A stretch of 64,000 nucleotides of DNA from Eledone cirrhosa (GCA_964016885.1 OZ024762.1:20398001-20462000); one strand, 5' to 3'; shown: positions 50,601 to 63,807, counted from the first letter of the stretch. Numbers and translations: made by a program. Notes: generated by a model not told the origin, from the letters alone.

Positions 50601-51599
50601 ACCTTTAGGGAGGTTGTCATGCACTTGACACAACTGAAGTGCCCTCTTGACCCTTGTTTCGCATGGTTTCCACATTTCGATGCCCTTCCTATCACCAACA
50701 ACCTTACAGGGTAAACAGGGTGCATTTTTCCTGACACCAGCAATAGCAAAGTTGTTGTTTTGTGACTGAGGGGTCTTCGCAACCCTTTTTTGGGGGCATG
50801 GGTTCTACAGCTGGATTCCCTTCCTAACACCAACAACCTTACAGGGTGTACAGCGTGCATTTTTCCTGACACCAACACTAGTGAAGGAGGGGTCATCAAC
50901 CCTTTTTTGGCATGGGTTCTACAGCTGGATTCCTTAACACCAATCACTTTACAGCATGTTCAGTGTATTTTATCACAGTATTTGACTCAACTAATTATTT
51001 CCCACTACCTATGGGTGGGAATAGGATGCAGAAGAGGGGGAGTTAAGAAGGCTGATAAGCTTGGGTTCATGATTGACAGTAGGTAGGAGGGGGATGCTTA
51101 ACTATATTGCTCCCATCATTTTTTTGGGGGGGGGGGGTGAAGATGTTCATAATATTTTGACAAAAATGCTGACAATAATTTTTTGGGGTGCAGCTGCACC
51201 TCCAACAAAATGCCACTGATGACAAGTATGTTGTCATATGTGTATGGCAGATAGAGGATAGGCGAGGAAGTTTGTCATTGATGTATGACAATAGTGGTGG
51301 GATTTGACAATGTGATGAGTGAGAGAGGAGGGAGAGGGGGAGGGATCTTCATAAGAGGCAGTGGTGGGGGTGTACTGTGATGATGTAAACAGTTGCTGAG
51401 AAGTTATGACTGGTTTGTTAGGATTTAATAAGTGTGGGTGGTAGGGGTGATACTCTGGAGAGGGGGCGGGGTGTGGAGGGTGTACAGTGATGGTGAGAAT
51501 AATTACTAAGGAGCTATGGTAGAGAGGGAGAGGCAAGGATGGGTCGGGTCAGGCCAGATTTTTATGCTTGTAGGTGGCAAGACTTCTCTAGTACTGCAT

Positions 51600-52158
51600 G
51601 CCAGTAACTTTTGTTGTCTTTAATATACATATTGTCGAACTGCATTGCGTACATTCTACAGAGTTTATACCAACTTCTTATCTACATATTGAACATGGCC
51701 ATTTCCCTGATGGAATCAGAGTCTTGTCCTCTTTCCTACTTATCAACACTTTAGTTTTAGCTAGGTTCACTCTCTAGGCCTCTTGATTCCAACTGCTGTT
51801 TCCATAGACAGAATTTATTCTCTAGCTTCTCTACTGATTCTGCTATAAGTTTCAGATCATCAGCATAGAGAAGTTCCCATGGACAGCCTGTCTGAAACTC
51901 CTCTGTTATGGCTTGGAGAACTATAATGAACAAGAGCGGGCTGAGGGGACCGAAGCCTGATGAACTCCTACTTGTATCTGGAATTCCTCACTAAACTCCA
52001 TTCCTACCCTGACTTTACTGACAACACCTCTGTACATAGCTTGCACTGTCCTCACAAGCCATTCCTCTACACCTAGTTTCCTTAGGGACCACCACGTGAG
52101 AGATCGTGGTACTCTATCAAAGGCCTTCTCTAACTCAACAAAAGCTAAATATACCAGC
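51600..52158 (-). pseudogene. RTE-clade reverse transcriptase fragment including YADD
   Basis: YLAFVELEKAFDRVPR..GVHQ..LSPLLFIIVLQAITEEFQTGCPWELLYADDL..RVNLAKTKVL..SGKWPCSIC, with stops and frameshifts. Confidence 0.92.
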
Positions 52159-52185
52159 AATAGCTGGGAGTTTTACCCCGCGATA

Positions 52186-52642
52186 CACTGGCGCCCTGTC
52201 CAGAGAGGAGTCTTGTGTGCCCTAGTAGTAAGGGTGTTGGACTTACATTGTGGGTTCAATTCCTGAACTGGATTGTGTGGTGTGTTCTTGAGAAAGACAC
52301 TTCATTTCCCCATTGCTCCAGTATACCGAATAGCAGCAGTAGCTGAGGGTTTAACCATGCAACGGACTGGCGTCCTATCCAGGGGTGAGTCTTTAAATCT
52401 CAGTTGCTTAACACCATGGAAACTGGGATAAGCATCAACAGACTTGAGATGTTTTAGACATTGTAGGACACAAGGACAGATGTAAGCAAGTCCCCTCCTT
52501 CCTTCTGGTATATCTGGGAGGTCAGTGGTTCAGGAATAAGTACAGGTCATATGTTCTATGAAACAGGATGTTAAATATATCTATATGTGTGAGTCACCAA
52601 TGTATATATGTATGTGCAGGTATGCATGTGTATGTTAGTAAT
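52186..52642. repeat. Right arm of the inverted duplication (contains a CORE-SINE on +)
   Basis: Reverse complement of 49984-50446. Confidence 0.9.
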
Positions 52643-52719
52643 GTGTATGTGTATATATATGTATATATATATATATATGTATATGTATATACTCCGACCT
52701 TTGTTAGCAGGTTAAATGT

Positions 52720-52769
<50 letters not shown>

Positions 52770-52889
52770 CTATCTTTATGTGTGTCAATGATGTATATAT
52801 CTACATCATCAAGGATATGAGCAAGTGTATGTTAGTAACGTGTGTGTGTGTGTAGACACACACACACACACATATATATACACAAACAC

Positions 52890-52932
<43 letters not shown>

Positions 52933-53098
52933 CAGACACACATCTATATATACACACACACACACACACATATATATACACACGTACACTCACATATATG
53001 TCAGTAATATGCATGTCAGCAAGAGGGTAGTCAAAGTACAAGGTTTCAAAGTTAAACACCATTTCAATCATTGTTACAATACACACACATACACACAC

Positions 53099-53131
<33 letters not shown>

Positions 53132-53150
53132 TATATATACACACACACAT

Positions 53151-53214
<64 letters not shown>

Positions 53215-53217
53215 CAC

Positions 53218-53474
53218 GAATGAGATTGTGTAGGTGTCACGACAAAAAAACACACAGTCCACGCTGTAATGTGGCCGTGTAGGCAACACGGTAAAAACCT
53301 CCCAGACCCACACTGTAAATGTGGTTGGTGTTAGGAAGGGCATCCAGCTGTAGAAAACCTGCCACATAGTCCTATGCGAGCAAGACAATCACTCTTGCCT
53401 CAAGTGGGAAAACCCCTGTCCAAACCCATGCAAGCGTGGAACACGGACGTTAAACGTTGATGATGATGATGATG
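53218..53474 (+). mobile_element. SINE/RTE 3'-end subfamily copy
   Basis: Near-identical to 8966-9230. Confidence 0.85.
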
Positions 53475-53517
53475 ACACACACACACATATATATATACAC
53501 ACACATTATATATATAT

Positions 53518-53587
<70 letters not shown>

Positions 53588-53937
53588 TTATATATTTATT
53601 TATGTATATATATACATATATATATATATAAATACACATACATACATAAAAATATTCATATATGCATGCTCACTCACACATTCATAGACACCCACATGCA
53701 TACAACAACAGTAACAACAACAGTATCAACAACAACAGTAACAACAACAACAACAACAGTATCAACAACAACTATAACAACCACAACTGTAACAACAACA
53801 ACTGTAACAACAACATATAAGAAGGTTGAAGTCTATTGCTGTAAAAGCTGAGAAAAAAAGGCCCTATAAAATTAGGTACCCCTTTCATTATCATATTTCT
53901 AATGAAATACACCATATTTGAATTAACAAAGAAGAGA

Positions 53938-54915
53938 CTTCTTCTTCTTCTTTGCCCACTTATTCCTGAGAGGATCCTAGTGGTAGAGTCCCCAAACACT
54001 CCTTCCATCAGGTCCTGTCAGAAGCAACCGTCTTCAACTGATCCGGTTAGATCCCCAAGTGTGACCAGCCAAGCTCATGGATGTTATCCAACCGTCTCTG
54101 AGTTTCCTGCCAGTTGGTTTTGCTCGTAAAATCTGCCCAGCGATTCTTTCCTGAGACATCCTAACCATAGAGACATGCCCATAGAGACATGCCCATAGTA
54201 TTGGAGCTGTGATCTCTCAATTAGGAGATTCTTTCCTGAGACATCCTAACCACATGCCCATAGTATCGGAGCTGTGATCTCTCAATTGGGAGATTCTTTC
54301 CTGAGACATTCTAACCACATGCCCATAGTATCAGAGCTGTGATCTCTCAATTGGGAGATTCTTTCCTGAGACATTCTAACCACATGCCCATAGTATCAGA
54401 GCTGTGATCTCTCAATTAGGAGATTCTTTCCTGAGACATTCTAACCACATGCCCATAGTATCAGAGCTGTGATCTCTCAATTGGGAGATTCTTTCCTGAG
54501 ACATTCTAACCACATGCCCATAGTATCGGAGCTGTGATCTCTCAATTAGGAGATTCTTTCCTGAGACATCCTAACCATAGAGACATGCCCATAGTATCGG
54601 AGCTATGATCTCTCAATTAGGAGATTCTTTCCTGAGACATTCTAACCACATGCCTATAGTATCGGAGCTGTAATCTCTCAATTAGGAGATTCTTTCCTGA
54701 GACATCCTCACCACATGCCCATAGTATCAGAGCTGTGATCTCTCAATTAGGAGATTCTTTCCTGAGACATTCTAACCACATGCCTATAGTATCGGAGCTG
54801 TAATCTCTCAATTAGGAGATTCTTACCTGAGACATCCTCACCACATGCCCATAGTATCGGAGCTGTGATCTCTCAATCTGGAGAAATAGCAGCTCTACCT
54901 TGAGCGACTCTTTGA
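53938..54915 (-). mobile_element. RTE-B 3' end containing a 65-bp array (about 11 units, 54142-54878)
   Basis: (CTT)n-TGCCCACTTATTCCTG tail. The array unit is the reverse complement of the ..QLRYYGHVVRMSQERI coding segment. Confidence 0.85.
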
Positions 54916-55119
54916 TCTTCAATCAGTAGAACTAGTCATTCCGTTTAGTTAACCATGATGTAATCGTATGAAAAGCACTCTACGTTATGCAACTCATCCA
55001 TTGTTGATGTTGAATCCTGTGGCTGGTGCAGCAACAGAGTTTAATATTAATTTAACTAAAACAAGAGGAAGGACTGGGGATATCCTTTTATTGGGGATAT
55101 CCTTTTATTGTTGCAAAAA

Positions 55120-55177
55120 ACACAATACATATTTCAATGGCCTGGTTAAGTAAGATCCTGGTGACATCATCAGGTGC
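55120..55177 (-). ncRNA. Degenerate hammerhead motif followed by AATAAA
   Basis: Minus strand: gcac CTGATGA [weak stem II] GAAA tatgta TT gtgt, then tttttgcaac AATAAA. Confidence 0.45.
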
Positions 55178-55212
55178 AAATTGCATAATTATTTAATCAA
55201 TAAAATGAATTA

Positions 55213-56491
55213 CAGCAAAGTGGAGGTGTGTGTTCTGAAAGTACAGTAGCCAGAGTGAAAACGGGATGGAAGAAGTTCACGGAGCTACTAGCACTGCTGG
55301 CTACAAAAGGCTTTTCCCTCAAAATGAAAGGCAGGCTGTATGATGCATGTATCATCATCATCATCACCGTTTTACGTCCGTTCTTCCACGCTAGCATGGG
55401 TTAGACAGGTTGTCCTGTTGTGAGCAGTGTCTGGTCGGCTGACAATTCCTAGCTCATACAGAACTGATTTGGCTTGATTTCTACAGCTGGATGCCCTTCC
55501 TAACACCAACCTCATTTACAGTGAGTGCTGGGTGCTTTTTCGTGGCGCCTACACGTCCACTTTACAGTGTGGGCTGGGTGCTTTTTTGCCGTGGCACCTC
55601 CACGACCACCTTGCGGTCGAACAGTAATGTTACATGGTAGTGAGACCTGGGAGTTGTGTGCAGAAAACATTTGTAGATTAGAAAGAAACGAAGCTTGCAT
55701 GCTCCGATGGATGTGTAATAGTAATGTACATGAACAGCATCGCATAAACGAATTGAGAGAGAGACTAAGCATAAGAGGAATCAAATGTTGTGTGCAGGAG
55801 AGGAGGTGGCGTTGGTATGAACATGTGATGCATATGAAGGATGACATCTGCATAAAAAAGTGCAGAGTGCTAAAAGTTGATGGGAGCCGTGGAGTGGGGA
55901 GATCAGAGGAAGACTTGGGATGAGGTGAAAATGCTGACCTTGCCCATTGCACCTCTCAAAGATGATGACAGAGGACCGAGACCTCAGGTGTTATGCAGTA
56001 AAACAGAAGATCCACCTTCCCATGGGCACAGGCTGAAGCTGAAGTATACATATAGTATGCACCACCCACACCTCAACCCCACTCCACTCTTTCATACATC
56101 CCCCATGAGGACAGGCTGAAATATACATCTAGTGAAACCTCCAGCCCACACTGCAAAGTGGTCATGTAGGTCTCATGGCAAAAAGCACCCAGCCCACATT
56201 GTAGAGTTGTCGTATAAGTGTCATGACAAAAAGCACCCAGCCCACATTGTAGAGTGTTTATATAAGTGTTGTGACAAAAAGCACCCAGTATACACTGTAG
56301 AGTGGTCATGACAAAAAGCACCCAGTACACTTTGTAAATGTGGTTGGCATTAAGAAGGGCATCTAGCTGTAGAAGCCAAGCCAAAATCAGTTCTGTATGA
56401 GCAAGACATGGTCACTTGACCTGGCATTTCTCACAACAGGACACTCGCCTAACCCATGCTAGTATGGAAAAATGGACATTAAACGGTGATG
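55213..56491 (+). mobile_element. RTE-A 3' 1 kb, split by an antisense RTE-A/SINE 3' fragment (55351-55615)
   Basis: GGVCSESTVARVKTGWKKFTEL..KGRLYDAC | RTVMLHGSETW..MLRWMC..RRWRWYEHV, then UTR and tail. Confidence 0.85.
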
Positions 56492-56502
56492 ATACATATA
56501 TA

Positions 56503-56688
56503 TAACGAAGGAAGTGTGGTAAGGAACCAGGTGGACCATAACGCACCAGAGTACTCAATACTTAGGGTAGTAGAGTGGGTAATAGGAAAATGTTTAACCC
56601 CGACGGCAGAGCTCAAGCTGTTTCGACGGCTATTTCTGGAGTCCAGAAATAGCTTGAGCTCTGCCATCGGGATTAAACATTTTCCTAT
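56503..56688 (-). mobile_element. Family-Z pLTR-like cassette with HHR 3' half and nested fold-back
   Basis: Arms 56582-56624 and 56646-56688. Minus strand GAAAcagc ttgagctct gccGTC gggg. A deleted relative lies at 49115-49197. Confidence 0.55.
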
Positions 56689-56998
56689 ATATATATATAT
56701 GGGTATCCAGTTTCTTCCATCTCTAGGGGTATTTTACCCAATTCTCTTAGTCATTATTGGTAGTGATAAACTGTTTTTAGTTATCTTCTTTGTTGAGATT
56801 TTTCACATTTCCAAATTTCAAATCTTCCAGCAATTCAATAATTCACAAGTTCTGCTTACTTCTGGCTAAGTTTTAGGTGCAAATTGTTTTGTAGAGCGTC
56901 TTAAAATGGATGAGTCATCATCATCAGGTTTAATGTTTTATGTACTTGTCACAAGCATTGGACATTTTGGTAGCTTCTTTCAAAGCATCTCTCTAAAG

Positions 56999-57338
56999 CA
57001 GAGGTTCTGAAACATTTTGCCCCCCCCCTCCCCCTCCCTCTCACGGCCATTTAATACCCTCAGCACCCCCAACCCTATTTCCAGAGAGACCTGCCTACAT
57101 GCAAATTGTAAATAATATATAATAAATTAAATCAGTAATTTATATATAATAAAAATATAATATATACGATGTATAAATGAGTAAATAAATATCATATATT
57201 TTTTATTTTACTATTTTTATATATATGTATAATTTGATATTTAATATACTATTATATCCTCTCTACCGCCCGCCCGGCTCCCTGGACCTTCTCAACGCTC
57301 CCAGAGGGGGGTAGTAGTGCCCACTTTGAGAACCTCTG
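56999..57338. mobile_element. hAT (Charlie-like) MITE, 340 bp
   Basis: TIRs CAGAGGTTCTGAAA / TTTGAGAACCTCTG. 8-bp TSD CTCTAAAG (56991-56998) / CTCTAAAA (57339-57346). Confidence 0.85.
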
Positions 57339-57379
57339 CTCTAAAATCATCATTCCAGGGACAGGTTTTGGTCCAGGTT

Positions 57380-57630
57380 CCAGGCAATCCCTTATTACCT
57401 CTTCCCAGATCTTATGTGGCCAACTTCTTCCCACTCTACCACGGGCCACAGTCTTCCTACATTGAGCTATCCACCCACCACTACAGTTCACAAGTCCAAA
57501 CCAACGCAGTCTGCGTGATCTTAAAACAGAGTCAAGTGCTGATATCTTTAATTTTGTTAGAGAGAGATGCCTTGTGGATTCTGTCTGAGATTTTCACACA
57601 ACATATCCAGCGAACCATAACGCTTTCATT
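57380..57630 (-). mobile_element. Old RTE LINE fragment
   Basis: MVRWICCVK..LRSRRLRWFGLV..GRVGRSWPHKIWEEVIRDCL. Confidence 0.7.
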
Positions 57631-57631
57631 T

Positions 57632-57800
57632 CTCTTCTTCTTCTTCTTCTTTGTCACTCACTTATTCCTGAGAGGGTCATAGGGGTTAGAGTCCTCAAAC
57701 ACTCCTTCCAGCGGTTCCTCTCAGAAACAACCATCTCCAACTGATCCAGCTGGATCCCCAAGCGTGACCAGACCAGCCAAGCTCATAGATGTTATCCAAG
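57632..57800 (-). mobile_element. RTE-B 3' end
   Basis: (CTT)n tail, CACTTATTCCTGAG, CAAACACTCCTTCCAG, GATGTTATCCAA. Confidence 0.75.
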
Positions 57801-57984
57801 TTGTAATTGGTCCTCAATCCTGGGGACCCAACACTCAATACTATACAACAACTCAGATCAAACATGGATATAAAACACCCTGCCTCTTGTTTCAAGGGGT
57901 AAATATCTTCCAGTCAGGATCAGTATGGGTTCACAAAATGACATCCAGGGAGCTCTACATCTGAGAATAGAAGCTGAAGAGCAG

Positions 57985-58385
57985 TTTCCAGTTTTTTGAC
58001 TGAGAATACAAGACTCCCCACTGGACAGGACGCCAGTCCATTGCATGGTTAAACCCTCAGCTATTGCTGCTATTCGGTATACTGGAGCAATGGGGAAATG
58101 AAGTGTCTTTCTCAAGAACACACCACACAATCCAGTTCAGGAATTGAACCCACAATGTAAGTCCAACACCCTTACTACTAGGGCACACAAGACTCCTCTC
58201 TGGACAGGACGCCAGTCCATCGCAGGGTTAAACCTCCAGCTATTGCTGGTACTCATTTTCATCTGAGTATACTGGAGCAACGTGAAAGGAAGTGTTTTGC
58301 TCAAGAACACAACACGCAGTCCAGGAATTGAACTCACAACATTATGATCGTAAGCCCAACACCCTTACCACTAGGCTATGTACCT
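57985..58385 (-). mobile_element. Third copy of the tandem CORE-SINE dimer
   Basis: Matches 50240-50600, including the dimer junction CTAGGG(C/T)ACACAAGACTCCTCTC. Confidence 0.8.
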
Positions 58386-58907
58386 CCACTCTTACCACCA
58401 GACCACGTGCCTCCACACATATATATATATATATATATATATAGTGTTATGTGTATGTGTATATAAAGTGGAGGCCTTGCTGTCTCCCCAACAAATAAAT
58501 AAAATTCTAATCTATATATTGAATACTTCCACCCTCTTCTTCAACAACACACAGATACATACATGTACATACACACACATACACATACATACATACATAC
58601 ACACACACATACATACATACATACATACATACATACATACATACATACATTCATACATACACACATACATTCATACATACACACACATACACACATACAT
58701 ACATACACACATACATACATACATACATACATACATACATGTATATACACACATACATACATACACACATACATACATACATACACACATACATACATAC
58801 ATACATGTATATACACACATATACACATTATTGATGTTTAGGTGTGTGTCTAACTATGAATAATATATATATCTATATGCATATCTTTTGTCTGTTCATA
58901 CACACGC

Positions 58908-58941
<34 letters not shown>

Positions 58942-59447
58942 GTGTGTATATATTTATATATATATACATACATACATGTGTGTGTGTGTAATTATATATA
59001 TATATATATATAGATATATACACATATGTATACAAGTGTGTATATATATTTATATATATATACATACATGTGTGTGTGTGTGTAATTATATATATATATA
59101 TATATAGATATATACACATATGTATACATGTTTATATATTTATATATATATGGGGAGGGGTGTAAGTGATGGTGTATGTATATATACATACAAAAACAGA
59201 CATACACACAGCAGACATACTGATACATATAGAAACATAGACACAACATATACACACACACACACACATACACACCATTCTCTACAGGTATATAGAGAGG
59301 AGAGAGAGGGAGGAGAGAGAGGGAGGAGAAAGAGAAGGAGAGAGGAGAGACAGGAAGGAGAGAGAGGAGAGAGAGTGTGAAGAGAGAGAGGGATATATAT
59401 AGAGAGAGAGGGGGGATATATATATATATATAGAGAGAGAGAGGGGG

Positions 59448-59479
<32 letters not shown>

Positions 59480-59949
59480 GGGGATATATATATAGAGAGA
59501 GAGAGAGAAAGAGAGAATGAGAGAGAGAGGGAGAGAGAGTTAGAGGGTGAGAGAGAGAGAGAGAGAGAGAGGGGGATATATATATATAGAGAGAGAGAGA
59601 GAAAGAGAGAAGGAGAGAGAGAGAAAGAGAGATGGAGAGAGAGAGGGAGAGAGAGTGAGTGATGAGAGAGAGAGTCAGTCATCTATTCTCTAAAATCTGA
59701 CCTCTCGATAAGATTTCTGTTGAGATTTTGAGTTATGATGATAATTGAGAAGTTGTGAACGAAGCAGTGATTTTCCGCTTGTTGAGCAGAATAGAGGGAG
59801 ACTGAGATAACAGCTCTGTTGAATGATTAATGAAGATTCCATGACCGAAGCTCTTAAATTCACATTACATAACTGCTTCACAGCATTAACTTAAAAGCGA
59901 GATAAACCTCTGCATATCTACATCTCTTAGTGACACAAAAATAACATTC

Positions 59950-61000
59950 AGTGAGCTGGGACTTGGCACAGTTGTTAGAGGTTTGCAAATATATTCCAGG
60001 TAGGTCTTTGTGATCTGGGGTTTAAAATCCCACCAAAGTCAGCTTTGACTTTCATCCATTTGGGGGCAGGGATTCGAGAAAATAAAGTGCCAATTGAGGG
60101 CAATGGACAGGCAGACTTGTTAGAGGATTGTAGCATTTGTTCTGGGGTCTCTGTGATCTGGGGTTTAAAATCCCACCAAGGTCAACTTTGCTTTTCATCC
60201 ATTTGAGGGCAGGGATTTGATAAAATAAAGTGTCAATTGAGGGCAATGGAAAACAGACTTGTCAGAGGGTTGCAAGTATATGTTCCAGGTGATCTGGGGT
60301 TTTAAATCCTACCAAGGTCAACAATAAGGTTCCAGTTGAGGGCAGTGGTGGGCAGAGTTCTAAGGACTTTGCAATATTTGTTCTGGGGTCTCTGTACTCT
60401 AGGCTTAAAATCTCATTGAGGTCAACTTTGTTTTTTGTATCTTTGGGAGCAGGGTTTGATAACATAAAGAAGCAGTCCAGGGCAGTGGATTGAAAGAAAT
60501 GTGAGAACATTGACAGAGCAGAATCCTTAGAGGTTTGCCGTATTTATTCCAGTTGGGCCTCTTGTGCTCTGGGGTTCAAATCCTGCCACGGTTAACTTTG
60601 CTTTTCATCCTTTTAGAGTTGATAAAATAAAATAGCAGTCCAGGGTAATGTATTGGTAGCAATATAAAAGCATTGGCAGAGTCCTTATAAGTGTGCAGTA
60701 TATATTCTGGACAGGTCTCTGTGGTCTGGGGTTCAAATCTGGCCACGGTCAACTTTATTTTATCCAACTGGATGAAAGGCAAAGTTGATCCTGGTGAAAT
60801 TTTAAACGAAGATCACAGAGACCCAGATCAAATACTGCAAACCTTTAACAACTTAGCCAAGTCCCAGCTCAGTGGGCGACGTTTTAAATGCAGATCACAG
60901 AGACCCCAGAACAAATAGTGCAAAGCTGTAACGGCTCTGCCTTTCCATTGCCCTCAACTGGTTCTTGATTTTATTGACCCAGAAAGGATGGAAAGCAAAA
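59950..61000. mobile_element. Cluster of degenerate Meta-type SINE fragments, in tandem and switching orientation near 60770
   Basis: CTGGGGTTTAAAATCCCACCAAGGTCAACTTTGCTTTTCATCC repeated on +, then GGATGAAAGGCAAAGTTGA on the opposite strand. Confidence 0.7.
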
Positions 61001-61221
61001 TACCAGTCAGAGAAACATGAAAACATTGCCAGATGTGTTAGAAGTTTACAGTATTTGATCTGGATAGGTCTCTGCTCTGGGGCCCAAAACAGTTTTTCAC
61101 CTAACTTATTCCACTCACAAGATTAGGGTCAACATTAAGGCTACAGTAAATAACATTTCTCCGAGATGCAACACAGTAAGATTGAACCTGAAACCTTATG
61201 ATTGCTAAAGCTAACTTCTTA

Positions 61222-61340
61222 ACCATTAACCATTCAGCTATATTACATCCACCATTAACCATTGAGCTATATTACATCCACCATTAACCATTCAGCTATA
61301 TTACATCCACCATTAACCATTGAGCTATATTACATCCACC
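61222..61340. repeat. 29-bp repeat x4
   Basis: CCATTAACCATTCAGCTATATTACATCCA. Confidence 0.9.
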
Positions 61341-61427
61341 TGTTATAGAAACTAATGTAACAGAGAAAGGAAAGTCACTGTCAATCAAGGTTGGTTAATT
61401 GTTTTGTTTTCTCTTCAAGTAAAGGTG

Positions 61428-62260
61428 GGTGGCTTAGTGGTAAGGTTCTTTGGCTCCTGATTGTAATATCACATGTTTGATTCTTGGACTCAACAGTGTG
61501 TTGTATCCTTGAGCAAAACAATTTATTACACTTTGCTCCTGTCCACCATACTGACAAAAATTAGTTGTACCTGTAATTCAAAAGGGGACCAACTACATTA
61601 CACTGATTTTCTTTGTGAACTACATCAATGGTAATGGTAAAACACATCTGCTGAAGAATGCTCAGCCACTTGCATTCAAAAGGGGACCAACTACGTCATA
61701 CACACAAACACTGTGTCACACTGATTCTCTTTGTGATCCACGTCAATCATCATTGTCATCACTGTTTAATGTCCACTTTTCATGCTAGCATGGGTTAGAC
61801 GAGGTGTCCCATTTGAGGCAAGTTGGGTCTAGTGACCGTGTCTTACTCATACAGAACTGTTTCTGGCTAAATTTCTATGGCAGGACGCCCTTCCTAATGC
61901 CAGTCACATTTACAGTGTGGACTGGGTGCTTTTTGTCATGACTCCTACATGATCACTTTACAGTGTGGGCTGGGTGCTTTTTGCCGTGATACCTACACAA
62001 CCACTTTACAGTGTGGGCTGGGTGCCTTTTGCCGTGATAGCTACACAACCAGTTTACAGTGGTAATGGTAAAACACATTTGAAGAATGCTCAGCCACTTG
62101 TCACTCAAAAGGGGGACCAGCCACTTGACACACCACACTGAGTCCCTTTGTGGACTACATCAATAAAACGCATGTGAAGAATGCTCAGCAGATTAATTTC
62201 ACAAGCAGGTTGTTCCATTGATCGCATCAACTGGAACACTGTGTTGTCGGAAGTGATAGA
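61428..62260 (+). mobile_element. Old CORE-type SINE (third tail type) interrupted by an antisense RTE-A/SINE 3' fragment (61745-62060)
   Basis: TGGCTTAGTGG A box, TATCCTTGAGCAAAACA CORE, tail GCTCAGCCACTTG...GCAGGTTGTTCCATTGATCG. Confidence 0.7.
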
Positions 62261-62921
62261 GGTCCAGTGACCTTACGTGCGTTAATGGAACGAGTAAAGT
62301 GAATTGGTAGCCACCGGGATTGAAAACTGTCTCCTAGACTTGGAAACTCGCCAAGAATTTAGCTCGGACTTTTTCAATGCTGCCACATTATAAATATCTA
62401 TAGTGTATAAACGATAAATCACATCATATGTCAACCGGGAAGAGGGGGGGGGGGTCTGAAATAGATTCTTCTAGAAGACACAATTTATTTCTTTAGCACT
62501 TATAATAGGTGAAGATTATGGAAGGGGTGGTGGCATGATGGAAGGGGTGGAAGGAAGAGTCGGAAAAGGGAGAAATGGGGCGGTAGTGGTGGTCGTGGAG
62601 GAGATAGGGTAAGGATTGGGGGGGTGGATGAAGGCAATGGTGGATGAGGGTGATAATGGATGGTGGCTGATGATGGATGAAGGGGGGGGTTATGGCGGTA
62701 GTGGTAGTGGGGGGGGTCGGAAAAGTTAGAAATGTGGTGGTGGTGGTGGAGGAGATGAGATAATAATGGGGTGGTGGTGGTGGAGGAGATGGGATAATAA
62801 TGGGGTGGTGGTGTGGGTGGGGAGAACTGAAGAGAAGTTCACAAAGTTTTAAAGAAAAAAAGTTATAAATAGTTTCTTCTGAATCTTTAAATTGAATCCC
62901 ATCATTGTGATGAACCACTGA

Positions 62922-62924
<3 letters not shown>

Positions 62925-62972
<48 letters not shown>

Positions 62973-62985
62973 TTATATATATATA

Positions 62986-63081
<96 letters not shown>

Positions 63082-63101
63082 ATATATATATATATATATT
63101 A

Positions 63102-63133
<32 letters not shown>

Positions 63134-63149
63134 ATATATATATATATAT

Positions 63150-63181
<32 letters not shown>

Positions 63182-63185
63182 ATAG

Positions 63186-63216
<31 letters not shown>

Positions 63217-63245
63217 ATATATATATATATATATATATATTATAG

Positions 63246-63278
<33 letters not shown>

Positions 63279-63342
63279 ATATATATATATTATTAGATAT
63301 ATATATATATATATATTATAGATATATATATATATATATTAT

Positions 63343-63389
<47 letters not shown>

Positions 63390-63392
63390 TAT

Positions 63393-63450
<58 letters not shown>

Positions 63451-63504
63451 ATAGATATATATATATATATATATTATAGATATATATATATATATATATT
63501 ATAG

Positions 63505-63578
<74 letters not shown>

Positions 63579-63633
63579 ATATATTATATATATATATATA
63601 TTATATATATATATATATTATATATATATATAT

Positions 63634-63665
<32 letters not shown>

Positions 63666-63807
63666 ATATATTATATATATATATATATTATAATATATAT
63701 ATATTATATATATATATATAATATATATATATATATTATATATATATATATATATTATATATATAATATATATTATATATATATATATTATATACATATA
63801 TTATATC

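Noticed and set aside
51213-51240. CTGATGA followed by a small hairpin
   Set aside because: No GAAA or stem III follows.
51540-51592. Helitron 3' end (CTAG-T)
   Set aside because: No clear subterminal hairpin or matching 5' end.
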